Notes under the pieces: generated by a model
Told to the model about the DNA's origin: nothing
The model's input: the letters and a program-made list of their open reading frames with translations, nothing else
The model's database searches: none
In this document: positions 36,354 through 45,681 of the stretch, in pieces
Layout: every line of letters starts with the position of its first letter
Position numbering within the stretch: position 1 is the stretch's first letter
Program-made: the position numbers and the translations under genes
Assembly: GCA_963768855.1 (NCBI GenBank)
Contig: CAVYJM010000011.1
Span: forward strand, 1-64,000
From: an uncultured Thermoplasmata archaeon
Lineage (GTDB): Archaea; Thermoplasmatota; Thermoplasmata; RBG-16-68-12
DNA: 64,000 bases
Reading direction: 5' to 3'

Positions 36354-37595
36354 CTAGCCCCGTGCCTCCGTCATCACGAGGCGAATGACGAGGACCAGGA
36401 CGACGGCAAGGGCGGTCAGCGCAGCCGCGAGGAGGAAGCCCGCTCCCAGGCCGAAGGCGGAGAAGACCAGGCTGCCTCCCGCGAACGCGAGGATCGCACC
36501 GATCCATCCTGTGGCGCCGAAGTAGGCCATTCCCCTTCCCAGCGAGGGACGGTCAATGAGGTCCACGACGAGCGCCGAACCGACCCCGGTGGACACGTAG
36601 GAAATGAACGCGACGAAGGATGCCGCGATCCAGAACTGCTCGAGCGAGGTGGCGACCGAGTAGACGAGGAGACCAGCGACTCCCGCGCCGTAGGAGAGGG
36701 CCATGAACGGAACGCGACCGCGGCGATCTGACATCCACCCCACGAGGATCGTGAACGGGAGGGCCACGATGCCGCTCACTGCCACCGTGCTCGTGATCGC
36801 CTCGTTGCTGAACGTGGCCTGCATCGCGAAGGAGCGGCCGAGGCCCCCGATGAATGAGCCGCAGGCGCTGAGCACGCCGCACACGATCAGGAGGAAGAAC
36901 GGCGCGGTCCATCGGAGCGGCTGCGATGGCGCGGCTTTCCGTTCCGCCCGCGACCGGACCGCCTCCTCGCGCATGGAGGCTGCGATCGCGGGGGCGGTGA
37001 GCGCGATGACTCCTAGGACGAGCCACATCGTGGTGTAGCCTGCGGCATCCGCGAGGGCCCCAACCCCGAACCCACCGAGGATTGAGCCGAGGGGTGTCGC
37101 GAGGGCCAGGAAGCCCAGGACGCGTCCCCGTTCCGTGGGGCCGGCCGAAAGCCCCGCTTGGATCGTCACCACGACGACCCCCATCCCCGCGAGACACCAG
37201 GCGGACGCCGTCAGGACGGCGAGCTCCCAGAGGACCGTGGCCTGGGACACGAGGGCGATGAGGACGGCCTCGCCGAGTCCTGCGACGATCATGAGCGCCC
37301 TGCGATGGCCGACGCGATCGGAGAGGTATCCCGCAACGAGCGTCCCCAGTGCCAGCGCGACGTACGAGACGGCTAGGTAGACGCCCACCAGGAACCGGTC
37401 GGCGCCGAGCCCCTGCGCGATGGACGGGAGGATCGGCAGCAGGCCGTTCCCGAGGGACCAGTTCACGAGGCTGTACCCGAAGAACAGGACGAGCTGTCCC
37501 CACGAAGCGCGGCGCCCTCCGTCCCCAGTCGGCGCCCCCGCCCGTACGTCGGTCCCCTCCGGGTGCGTGGGGACGGGCGGGCCTTCCGCGGACAA
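36354..37595 (-). CDS. MFS transporter
   Basis: 12 TM; GYLSDRVGHR and GWMSDRRGR motif-A loops. Confidence 0.9.
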   Translation of the reverse strand: MSAEGPPVPTHPEGTDVRAGAPTGDGGRRASWGQLVLFFGYSLVNWSLGNGLLPILPSIAQGLGADRFLVGVYLAVSYVALALGTLVAGYLSDRVGHRRALMIVAGLGEAVLIALVSQATVLWELAVLTASAWCLAGMGVVVVTIQAGLSAGPTERGRVLGFLALATPLGSILGGFGVGALADAAGYTTMWLVLGVIALTAPAIAASMREEAVRSRAERKAAPSQPLRWTAPFFLLIVCGVLSACGSFIGGLGRSFAMQATFSNEAITSTVAVSGIVALPFTILVGWMSDRRGRVPFMALSYGAGVAGLLVYSVATSLEQFWIAASFVAFISYVSTGVGSALVVDLIDRPSLGRGMAYFGATGWIGAILAFAGGSLVFSAFGLGAGFLLAAALTALAVVLVLVIRLVMTEARG

Positions 37596-37708
37596 GCCGG
37601 TCGGGATGGTCGCCCCTCCTCTTAACGGATGGCCCGGCGGCCCTCCAGGTTCGCGCGCGCGTCGGGTTCTTATGGCACGACGACTTCCCGCGGGCTGGTG
37701 TCCCCTCC

Positions 37709-39061
37709 ATGTCCCTGACCGACGTCTTGGCCCAGGTCGAGAAGGATTCGGGTAAGGCCCTCGAGATTCTGAAGGAGTACTGCCGCTTTCCGACGATCTC
37801 GGCGCACAAGAAGGCCCAGCCCGAGACCGCCGCGTTCGTCGAGCACCTTCTGGCGGAGAACGGGTTCGAGGCCCGCCAGTATCCGACGGAGGGCGGCCCG
37901 AACGTCGTGTTCGGCCAGATGATCGTGGACGAGCGGAAGCCCACGCTCCTCATGTACGAGCACTACGACGTCCAGCCGACGGACCCGCTGAACGAGTGGA
38001 AGCGGGACCCGTTCGACCCGGTCGTCGAGGACGGGAAGTTCTGGGCCCGCGGATGCGGGGACACGAAGGGCAACCTGATCGCGCAGATCCTCGCCGTCCA
38101 GGCGTGGCGCGCGGTCAGCGGCGCGCCGCCGATCAACCTGAAGTTCGTCGTGGAGGGCGAGGAGGAGGTCGGCAGCGCCCACTTCCGGTCCTTCGTCGAC
38201 GCGAACAAGGAGATCCTGAAGGCGGACGGCGCGACGATTGAGGGCGGGGACCATGTCCATGACGGCACGCCGAAGATCGAGCTCGGGTGCAAGGGCACCC
38301 TCTACGTCGAGCTCATCTCCCGCACCGCGAAGGTCGACCAGCACTCCATGTACGCCCCGATCGCCCCCAACCCGGGATGGCGGCTCATCCACGCCCTGAA
38401 CACGCTCCGCGACCCGCGCGGCCGCGTCACGATCCCCAGGTGGCTCGAGGACGCGCGCCGGCCCACGCCTCGGGAGCTACGGTACCTGAAGGCAAGCGGG
38501 TTCAAGGCGCAGGCCCTGAAGGAGTTCTGGGGCGCAGAGCGGCTCCTCGGCGGGGACAACGACTACGACCTGTTGCGGCGACTCGTGTACTGGCCCACGT
38601 GCACGATCTGCGGATTCGAGAGCGGCTACACGGGGGAAGGGACGAAGACGGTGAACCCCGCGGTCGCGAAGGCCAAGGTGGACTTCCGCATCCTGCCGAA
38701 CATGAAATCGGACAAGCAGCTCGTCAAGCTCCGGGACCACCTGAAGGCGAAGGGATTCGGGGACATCGAGGTTGTCTACAAGGACCACATCGATCCGAGT
38801 GCCATCTCGATGAGCGCCCGCGTGGTCAAGGCGTGCCGCAAGGGGTCCGTCGATGTCTACGGTCGCGAGCCGGACATCTGGCCCTGGTCTGCGGGCGCCT
38901 CCGCGAACGGCTTCTTCAACGAGGTCGTCGGCGTGCCGTCCATCTCCGGGCCCGGCGTGTCGTACGACGGCTCGAACTACCACGCGCCGAACGAGAATAT
39001 CCGCCTCGACGACTTCCTCGGTGGGGCGAAGCACATGGCCGCCATGATTGGGCGGTTCTGA
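37709..39061 (+). CDS. M20 family dipeptidase
   Basis: HYDVQP, RGCGDTKG, EGEEEVGS, YHAPNE. Confidence 0.92.
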   Translation: MSLTDVLAQVEKDSGKALEILKEYCRFPTISAHKKAQPETAAFVEHLLAENGFEARQYPTEGGPNVVFGQMIVDERKPTLLMYEHYDVQPTDPLNEWKRDPFDPVVEDGKFWARGCGDTKGNLIAQILAVQAWRAVSGAPPINLKFVVEGEEEVGSAHFRSFVDANKEILKADGATIEGGDHVHDGTPKIELGCKGTLYVELISRTAKVDQHSMYAPIAPNPGWRLIHALNTLRDPRGRVTIPRWLEDARRPTPRELRYLKASGFKAQALKEFWGAERLLGGDNDYDLLRRLVYWPTCTICGFESGYTGEGTKTVNPAVAKAKVDFRILPNMKSDKQLVKLRDHLKAKGFGDIEVVYKDHIDPSAISMSARVVKACRKGSVDVYGREPDIWPWSAGASANGFFNEVVGVPSISGPGVSYDGSNYHAPNENIRLDDFLGGAKHMAAMIGRF

Positions 39062-39207
39062 GCGCGGGCGACGGGGTCGCGCCCCGGCCGGGCATCTCCG
39101 CCGGACAAGACGGCTTTCGACCTCCCCCCGCAGGGCCAGCGTGCGGGACTCCCCGGGCAACCTATATCCGGGCGAAGGCGTTTGGGCGTCCAGGAGTGGA
39201 GTGGGGC

Positions 39208-40008
39208 ATGGCGGACGACACGGTCCTCATCTTGGCATCGGTGCTTGTGGCGTTGATCATCCTGATATTCATCGCGGCCGCGATCAAGGTCGTCCGCGAG
39301 TACGAACGTCTCGTCGTCTTCCGCTGGGGGCGTCTCCTTCCGAAGCCGAAGGGACCGGGCCTGACGGTCATCGTCCCGATCATCGACAAGCGGTTGCTCG
39401 TGGACCTCCGCGTCGTGACGGCCCAGGTGCCCCGCCAGCACATCGTCACCCGGGACAACGTTTCGGTGGATGTGGACGCCGTCGTGTATTACAAGGTCTA
39501 CAACCCGGTGAAGGCGATCACGGAGGTCCAGAACTACATCCAGGCCACGGACCTCCTGGGCCAGACCATGCTGCGGGACGTCCTGGGCCAGGTCGAGCTT
39601 GACGAGCTCCTCTCGAAGCGGGACGAGCTCAGCAAGCGCATCCAGATTCTCCTGGACACGGCGACGGAACCCTGGGGGATCAAGATTTCCTCAGTGACCC
39701 TGCGGGACGTCGCCCTGCCGGACACGATGGTCCGGGCGATCGCGAAGCAGGCCGAGGCCGAACGGGAGCGGCGTTCTCGGGTCATCATCGCCCAGGGCGA
39801 GTTCGAGGCGAGCGCCAAGATGACCGAGGCCGCGAAGCTATACGAGCAGGTCCCCGCAGCCATGCGCCTCCGGGAGTTGCAGACCTTCACCGAAATCGCG
39901 CGAGAGAAGAACATGGTCATCGTGACGCCGACAGCGGCTGGCATGACCGGAGACGTGGTGGCCATGAGCGCAGCGATGCAGCGAAAGCAGGGAGCGCAGC
40001 AGAGTTGA
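39208..40008 (+). CDS. Stomatin/SPFH (slipin) family protein
   Basis: N-terminal TM, VTRDNVSVDVDAVVYY, AIAKQAEAERERR. Confidence 0.93.
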   Translation: MADDTVLILASVLVALIILIFIAAAIKVVREYERLVVFRWGRLLPKPKGPGLTVIVPIIDKRLLVDLRVVTAQVPRQHIVTRDNVSVDVDAVVYYKVYNPVKAITEVQNYIQATDLLGQTMLRDVLGQVELDELLSKRDELSKRIQILLDTATEPWGIKISSVTLRDVALPDTMVRAIAKQAEAERERRSRVIIAQGEFEASAKMTEAAKLYEQVPAAMRLRELQTFTEIAREKNMVIVTPTAAGMTGDVVAMSAAMQRKQGAQQS

Positions 40009-41435
40009 TACGCGGTCCGACCCGCCGGGACCGCTTGGTCCTGGCGTCCGTCCTCCTGATGCTCGGCGTCTCGATCCTATCGCCGCTCACGGCGCGGGCC
40101 CAGGGGACCCAGGTCCTTCTCGCCGAGATCACCGGCGCGATCGACAGCAACACGGTCGAGTACATGTCGGACGCGATCGCCCTGGCAACCTCGGGCGGAT
40201 ACGCCGCCTTGGTCATCCGATTCGACACGCCGGGCGGGGACCTCGCCAGCACCCTCCAGATCGACGAGATGATGGCCGGCGCCGGAAATCTTCCGATCCT
40301 GGGATGGGTCGGGCCGCCTGGGGCGAGTGCCGCGAGCGCGGGGACGATCCTCCTCGAGTGGACGGACATCGCTGCGATGGCTCCCGGGACCTCGATCGGA
40401 TCCGTCCAGCCGGTCGAGCTCGGGATCACCGGGACGATCCCGATCACGGACCCCAAGATCGTGAACTACGTGGTCGGCATCCTGTCCAGTGGCATGGAGA
40501 TCCACGACCGGAACTGGAATCTGTCCGCGCAGTTCGTGGAGCAGAACCTGAATCTGGACGCGTCCTCCGCGCTCTCCGAGGGGGCGATCGACTACACGGC
40601 GGGGAGCATCCCGGCCCTCTTGGATGCCGCGAACGGTCGCCACATCGTCGTGCATGAGAACTCCACGATCGTGAAGGACCTCGTCCTGAACACCGCGGGC
40701 GCCGAGGTGGTGGCCTTCTCCCCGTCACTCCGGGTTCAGTTCCTAAACTTCCTCACCGACCCGCTCATCGCCGTCCTGCTCCTGATCGTCGGCATCTATC
40801 TCGTGATCTTCGGCCTCCACGCGCCCGGCCATGGCGCGGAGGTCGGGGGCATCATCATCGTGCTCTTGGCCCTCATTGGACTCGGCTTCAGCGTGGACCC
40901 CATCGCCCTCCTCTTGATTATCGCGGGAGTCGTGCTCCTCATCCTAGAGGCCAAGCATCCCGGCTTCGGCGCGTTCGGGATCGGGGGCATCATCGCGATT
41001 GCGCTCGGAGCGCTGTTCCTGGCCCCGCTCGCCCCGCCCAGCCAGCCCGGGGGGCCGGGCCAGCTCGTGACCTCGGGCTACCAGCTGGGCTTCGTCATCA
41101 CCCTGCTCCTGCCCACCCTCGCGTTCGGGGTCTTCATCCTGTTCGCGATGTACAAAGTCAGCGAGGTCCGGCGGCTCAAGCCCACCGTCGGAGAGTTCGT
41201 CGGCGAGCCCGCGAAGACCGAGGAGCCCCTGCACAAGGACGTCAAAGGCTACGTCCGGTTCAAGGGGGAACTCTGGCAGGCCATCGCCGAAGAGGATGTG
41301 CCCGCGGGCACGAGTGTCTTCGTTGCCCGCGCAGACGGCCTCCTGCTGCATGTCACCACGAGGGCCCCGCCCGCGCCGCCCAAACCTTCCATCGAGAACC
41401 GGATCGTGCGGCTGTTCCGCCGCAAGCCCGCGTGA
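40005..41435 (+). CDS. NfeD family membrane protease
   Basis: DTPGG, AASAG, GELWQA C-terminal OB domain; classical partner of stomatin. Confidence 0.9.
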   Translation: MIRGPTRRDRLVLASVLLMLGVSILSPLTARAQGTQVLLAEITGAIDSNTVEYMSDAIALATSGGYAALVIRFDTPGGDLASTLQIDEMMAGAGNLPILGWVGPPGASAASAGTILLEWTDIAAMAPGTSIGSVQPVELGITGTIPITDPKIVNYVVGILSSGMEIHDRNWNLSAQFVEQNLNLDASSALSEGAIDYTAGSIPALLDAANGRHIVVHENSTIVKDLVLNTAGAEVVAFSPSLRVQFLNFLTDPLIAVLLLIVGIYLVIFGLHAPGHGAEVGGIIIVLLALIGLGFSVDPIALLLIIAGVVLLILEAKHPGFGAFGIGGIIAIALGALFLAPLAPPSQPGGPGQLVTSGYQLGFVITLLLPTLAFGVFILFAMYKVSEVRRLKPTVGEFVGEPAKTEEPLHKDVKGYVRFKGELWQAIAEEDVPAGTSVFVARADGLLLHVTTRAPPAPPKPSIENRIVRLFRRKPA

Positions 41436-41474
41436 GCCAAAACCCTTAAGGCCGCCCGGAGGTTGCGCGGGCCG

Positions 41475-41795
41475 ATGCCCACGGATGTCGTGCTCTGCAA
41501 GATCGCGGAACTCCCCGACGGGACGATCCGACACTTCGAGATCATGGGCTACGACATCGCCGTGGCGAACGTGAGCGGCACGTTCTACGGGCTCGACGCG
41601 GCGTGCACGTATCAATGGGCCAACCTCGCGGACGGCTCCGTGGACAAGGATCGGATGATCCTGATCTGCCCGTCCTGCAAGGGCGCGTGGGACCTGAAGA
41701 CCGGGCAGCCGGTCGATCCGCCCGCGAAGTTCCCCCTCACGGTCTACGAGGTCACGACGGCGGGTGACGACCTCATCCTCACGTTCACCTACTGA
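41475..41795 (+). CDS. Rieske-fold protein with non-canonical ligands
   Basis: Ferredoxin-like Rieske pattern but CTY and CPSC instead of CxH and CxxH. Confidence 0.75.
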   Translation: MPTDVVLCKIAELPDGTIRHFEIMGYDIAVANVSGTFYGLDAACTYQWANLADGSVDKDRMILICPSCKGAWDLKTGQPVDPPAKFPLTVYEVTTAGDDLILTFTY

Positions 41796-41948
41796 GGTCC
41801 CCCGAGGGCGTCCCGCGCATACGAATCGCATGAAAACCCTTATGAAGCACGTCCCGCTCGCTTGGGCCGTCCTCATGTCCAAGTGAACCACGGTCGGCCC
41901 GCACCGGACGCGAACCGTGTTCTCGTGAGCGTTGAGGCGGTGACGACC

Positions 41949-42185
41949 ATGGTCGACGAGAAGGACGCCCAATTCACCCGGATGTGGAACGAGGAGAACG
42001 ACGCGAAACGCGTGAAGTTCCGCAACTACATGAAGTCCAAGCTGGACGTGCTCCACGTCGAGTTCACCGAGGAGAATGCGCGGGCGTACTACAACGGCCG
42101 ACTCACGGTCTGGCAGCCAGAACGGGTGTATCAGGCTCCGGAGCGAGAGGATCGCCGCGACCGGCGTCCGCCCCGGCGCCGGTGA
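41949..42185 (+). CDS. Small hypothetical protein
   Basis: MVDEKDAQFTRMWNEEND...; GAGGCGGTG RBS-like sequence upstream. Confidence 0.6.
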   Translation: MVDEKDAQFTRMWNEENDAKRVKFRNYMKSKLDVLHVEFTEENARAYYNGRLTVWQPERVYQAPEREDRRDRRPPRRR

Positions 42186-42279
42186 TCCAGCCCGACCTCG
42201 TACGCTTTCGTCAGGTTGCCTGTGTGTTGCAGCGGAGCGATTCGTGCTGCAGTCCGGACTCGTCTTGGTGGGAATTCAG

Positions 42280-42316
42280 AAAAAACGGACGGCCGGTCCT
42301 TGGGGGGACCGGACGT
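42280..42316 (-). terminator. Hairpin plus U-tract downstream of ssb
   Basis: CCGGTCC/GGACCGG stem followed on the minus strand by T6. Confidence 0.7.
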
Positions 42317-42340
42317 CGTAGGAAAGGGAAAGGAGTCTGT

Positions 42341-42835
42341 TCAGAATCGGCGTCGGCCGCGGTCCCGGTGCTCCCGGTTCCCGCCACGGTTGCCGCCGCC
42401 CGTGCCGAACTCGAACTGCCGCGAGCCGCCCTCGCGCTGGCCGCCGCCATATCCGCCGCTGCGGTACCGGGGCTCGCGCTCGTACTCGACCGCGCTCACA
42501 TCGAGGGCCGAATTCACGGCGTCGAGCGGGGTCTCGGCCTTCGCGAAGCTGCCGTACTTCCCGACGTTGAGGCGGATGTGGCCTCGCACAAGGCTCACGT
42601 AGCCGTTGTCGATCAGGACGGTCTCGTCCTTCGTCACCTGGGCGATCTGGTCGTTCCAGAGCGTCAGGAAGACCGTTCCTGTCTCGTCGCCGACGGTTGC
42701 CTCGACCAACTTGCGCGCCTCGCCAAAGCGGGAGGTGATTTCTCTCTCTTCACTCAAGCTGACCACCTTGGCAAGCACGTTAACCTGCTTGGATTCCGGG
42801 GTCAGGTCCTTGATTTTAGTCAATACCTTGTCCAT
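42341..42835 (-). CDS. ssb: Single-OB-fold ssDNA-binding protein with Gly/Arg tail
   Basis: VGDETGTVFLTLWN, LNVGKYG, RGG-rich tail. Confidence 0.88.
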   Translation of the reverse strand: MDKVLTKIKDLTPESKQVNVLAKVVSLSEEREITSRFGEARKLVEATVGDETGTVFLTLWNDQIAQVTKDETVLIDNGYVSLVRGHIRLNVGKYGSFAKAETPLDAVNSALDVSAVEYEREPRYRSGGYGGGQREGGSRQFEFGTGGGNRGGNREHRDRGRRRF

Positions 42836-43212
42836 GTTCTCACTTCTGCCGACACAACAGCCTTGAGTCGCAAGGCGTAGGGAAAAAATCCTTCCGCGCG
42901 AATTCAGACGATGTGGGCTGGTTTTCATCTACGGTCTGCTGCTATAAGAATCTTCGGTAAGAGGGAATGAGATTGCCTTAGGGACCACAGGTATTTCGCG
43001 CGCGGCGCCGTTGTCCATGATGTACCATCGATGTCGGAGACGGGGGTTCCCCAGGAGATTATCGTCGATTGCCCGTATTGCAGCCACGCCTGGAAGGCGG
43101 ACCCCCGATGGATATCGAGCCCGTGTCCGAACTGCGGCCGAATGGTCTATCGCTACATGGACCCGCAGCACGACTGAATCCAATCACGGCAAGGTTGAAA
43201 TGCCCCGGGGGC

Positions 43213-43235
43213 GTACCTAAGTCCATCTGAGGTAC
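43213..43235. promoter_or_regulatory. 9-5-9 inverted repeat immediately before the padR start (putative autoregulatory operator)
   Basis: GTACCTAAG-TCCAT-CTGAGGTAC, 8/9 match, ending 4 nt before GTG. Confidence 0.55.
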
Positions 43236-43239
43236 CTAC

Positions 43240-44130
43240 GTGCCCCGCACCGATCTCACGACGGCCATCCTCCGCTCGATCCAGCAGGGGGCCACGTACG
43301 GGTACCAGATCCACCGCGCGCTCGCTGACTCGGGCCAGGAGATCCGCCTCAACCACCTCTATCCCGTCCTCAAGCGCATGGAGACTGAGGGACTCGTAGT
43401 CGCGAATGAGACACCCGGAGAACGGGGCCCGAGGCGTCACGAGTATGCAATCACCGCGAAGGGGCGGGACTATCTCGACGACGTCCTGTTCGACGCAATC
43501 GCGATGGTCCGACTTGCGTACCTAGAGTACCTGGCGTCGGACCGCACGACAATGCAGCGGGCTCTCGACATCCTCGCCAAGTTCATTCCGCACGCGAAGC
43601 TGCACGGGCGCACCGCGCTCGTCGTCCCGCCAGGCTACCTGAGCGAGATTAACTTCCGGTGGTTCCTTTCTCAGCTCTTCGAGGTCGTCCAGGGGGACAT
43701 CTTCCTCGTGCGTCCGCAGGGCACCTTCGACATCGAGGAACCGCGCCTCACGCTCTTGGACGGGGGCGAGTCCTACGTCCCGCTCCGGGAGAACTACGTG
43801 GACCAGTCCGTCCTCGTCTGGGTGCCGCGGCCCCGGCAGTGGACCCGTCCGATTGAGGAGGCCACGCGGATCATTCGTTCGCCCGGGCTCCTGGCCATCA
43901 TCCTCCCGGACGCGCTGCTCGCCCGCGACCCGACGCGGCCGTTCGAGGTCGGCGCGTTCATCGAAGGGGTCCGCGTCCGGAGGAGCGGCGGACGGGTCAC
44001 GGAGGTGCCGCTCGAGAAGGTCACCGCCGTGCTCGGCGAGAGGTTCCATCACGTCGAGGTCGAGTCGGTCCCGGAGCTGTCGTTCCACCTCCTCGTGGCG
44101 TGGGGCAAGAAGCGGCAGGCGGAGACCTGA
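43240..44130 (+). CDS. PadR family regulator fused to a methyltransferase-like domain
   Basis: TYGYQI...LYPVLKRME...YAITAKG; C-terminal GGESYVPLRENYVD...EATRII. Confidence 0.8.
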   Translation: MPRTDLTTAILRSIQQGATYGYQIHRALADSGQEIRLNHLYPVLKRMETEGLVVANETPGERGPRRHEYAITAKGRDYLDDVLFDAIAMVRLAYLEYLASDRTTMQRALDILAKFIPHAKLHGRTALVVPPGYLSEINFRWFLSQLFEVVQGDIFLVRPQGTFDIEEPRLTLLDGGESYVPLRENYVDQSVLVWVPRPRQWTRPIEEATRIIRSPGLLAIILPDALLARDPTRPFEVGAFIEGVRVRRSGGRVTEVPLEKVTAVLGERFHHVEVESVPELSFHLLVAWGKKRQAET

Positions 44131-44199
44131 CCCCCCGCGGGACGGATGCGCAGAAGGGTTCCCCGAACCCTAAAATAGCCGGGAGATGTGCGGCCTTCG

Positions 44200-45549
44200 A
44201 TGGCGACGTCCACGCGCACCGTGGAGGATGTTCTGCGGGAGGCTGGCTTCACGCCGTTCCACCGGCGGGTCGTCCTCCTGACGGGCTTCGCGTGGACGTT
44301 CGTCGCATTCGAGATCATCAACATCAGCTTCGTGCTAGGCAACGTGTTCACAACCTTCGGGATTGCATCGGGCTCGCTGCTCTACTTCCTGATCACCTCG
44401 GGGACGTTAATCGGCTCCTTCCTGGGAAGCCTGTTCCTGGGACGCCTCTCGGACACTCGCGGCCGCCGGACAATCTTCCTCGGAAGCATCCTCTGGTACT
44501 CCGCGTTCACCGCCTTGACCGCGCTCTCATGGGATCCATGGAGCATGTTCTCGTTCCGCGTCCTCGCGGGGATCGGCCTCGGCGGCATGCTCGTCGTGGA
44601 CCCCTCGATCCTCTCCGAGTTCCTGCCGCCCCAGTCGCGCGGGCGGTTCATGGTCCTCCTGGATTTCTTCTGGCCCATCGGTTTCCTGCTGGCCATCCTA
44701 TTCTGGTGGGTCTTCATCGTTCTGGGAGTCACGGTCGGCGACATCGAGAGTTGGCGGATCCTATTCGTCGTGGCGGCCTTCCCCGCCTTCATCGCGTTCC
44801 TGGCCCGGCTCACAATCCCCGAGTCTCCGTTCTACTACGCCCGCCACGGGAAGCTGCGTGAGGCAGCCGCCGTGTTGGAGCGGATCACCGGGACCCCCGT
44901 GGATCCCGTGTCCCTGTCTCGGGAGCAGGCAGTCCCGCGGGCGCCGATCGGCGCGCTGTTCAAGGGCCGCCTTGCGCGCAGGTCGGTCGTGACGCTCGTC
45001 GTCTGGACGGCTCTCAACTTCAGCTACTACGGGCTCTTCCTGGACCTCCCGTTCGCCCTGAGCACGTTCAAGAACCAAGTCGCCACGGACGTGGGCCTCA
45101 CCGCGCTCTTCTTCATCACGTCCGCGCTCGCGCAGTTCCCAGGCTACCTCGCGTCGATGATCCTCGTGGAGCGGTGGGGCCGCAAGCGCACCCTCGCTCT
45201 GTTCCTGATCCTCGGAGGCGTGAGTGGCTTCGCCTTCGCGACCGCGAGCGGCGTCCCTCTGCTGTTCGCCAGTCTCGCGCTCGTGAGCTTCTTCAACCTC
45301 GGAGCCTGGGGCGCGGTCTACGCGTACACGCCCGAGTTGTTCCCGACCCAGTATCGCGCGACGGGCTTCGGCATGGGCGAGACCGTGGGCAAGCTGACGT
45401 CGATCTTCGGCCCGATCCTGTTCGGTGCGATGTACGCGAGCACAGGCGGCGTGTTCGCCCCGCTTGCGGCAATCGCCTGCGTCATGGCCGCCGGCGGGCT
45501 GTTCCTGGCCGGCGTGGGCCCAGAGACGAAGGGACAGACGTTCGAATGA
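44200..45549 (+). CDS. MFS transporter (SV2/aromatic acid type)
   Basis: GRLSDTRGRR, SEFLPPQSRG, IPESP, TPELFPTQYRATG. Confidence 0.92.
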   Translation: MATSTRTVEDVLREAGFTPFHRRVVLLTGFAWTFVAFEIINISFVLGNVFTTFGIASGSLLYFLITSGTLIGSFLGSLFLGRLSDTRGRRTIFLGSILWYSAFTALTALSWDPWSMFSFRVLAGIGLGGMLVVDPSILSEFLPPQSRGRFMVLLDFFWPIGFLLAILFWWVFIVLGVTVGDIESWRILFVVAAFPAFIAFLARLTIPESPFYYARHGKLREAAAVLERITGTPVDPVSLSREQAVPRAPIGALFKGRLARRSVVTLVVWTALNFSYYGLFLDLPFALSTFKNQVATDVGLTALFFITSALAQFPGYLASMILVERWGRKRTLALFLILGGVSGFAFATASGVPLLFASLALVSFFNLGAWGAVYAYTPELFPTQYRATGFGMGETVGKLTSIFGPILFGAMYASTGGVFAPLAAIACVMAAGGLFLAGVGPETKGQTFE

Positions 45550-45681
45550 CCCCTCCGTACGAGCCTACCCTGAAGAGGCCGTGCAGGTACGTACATTCCT
45601 CCCCTGTCGAAAGCCTATAATCCCCCTCGCCTTTCTCCATACGAGGGCGGCCCTCTTGGGCCGTACCCGAGCTACGATACC

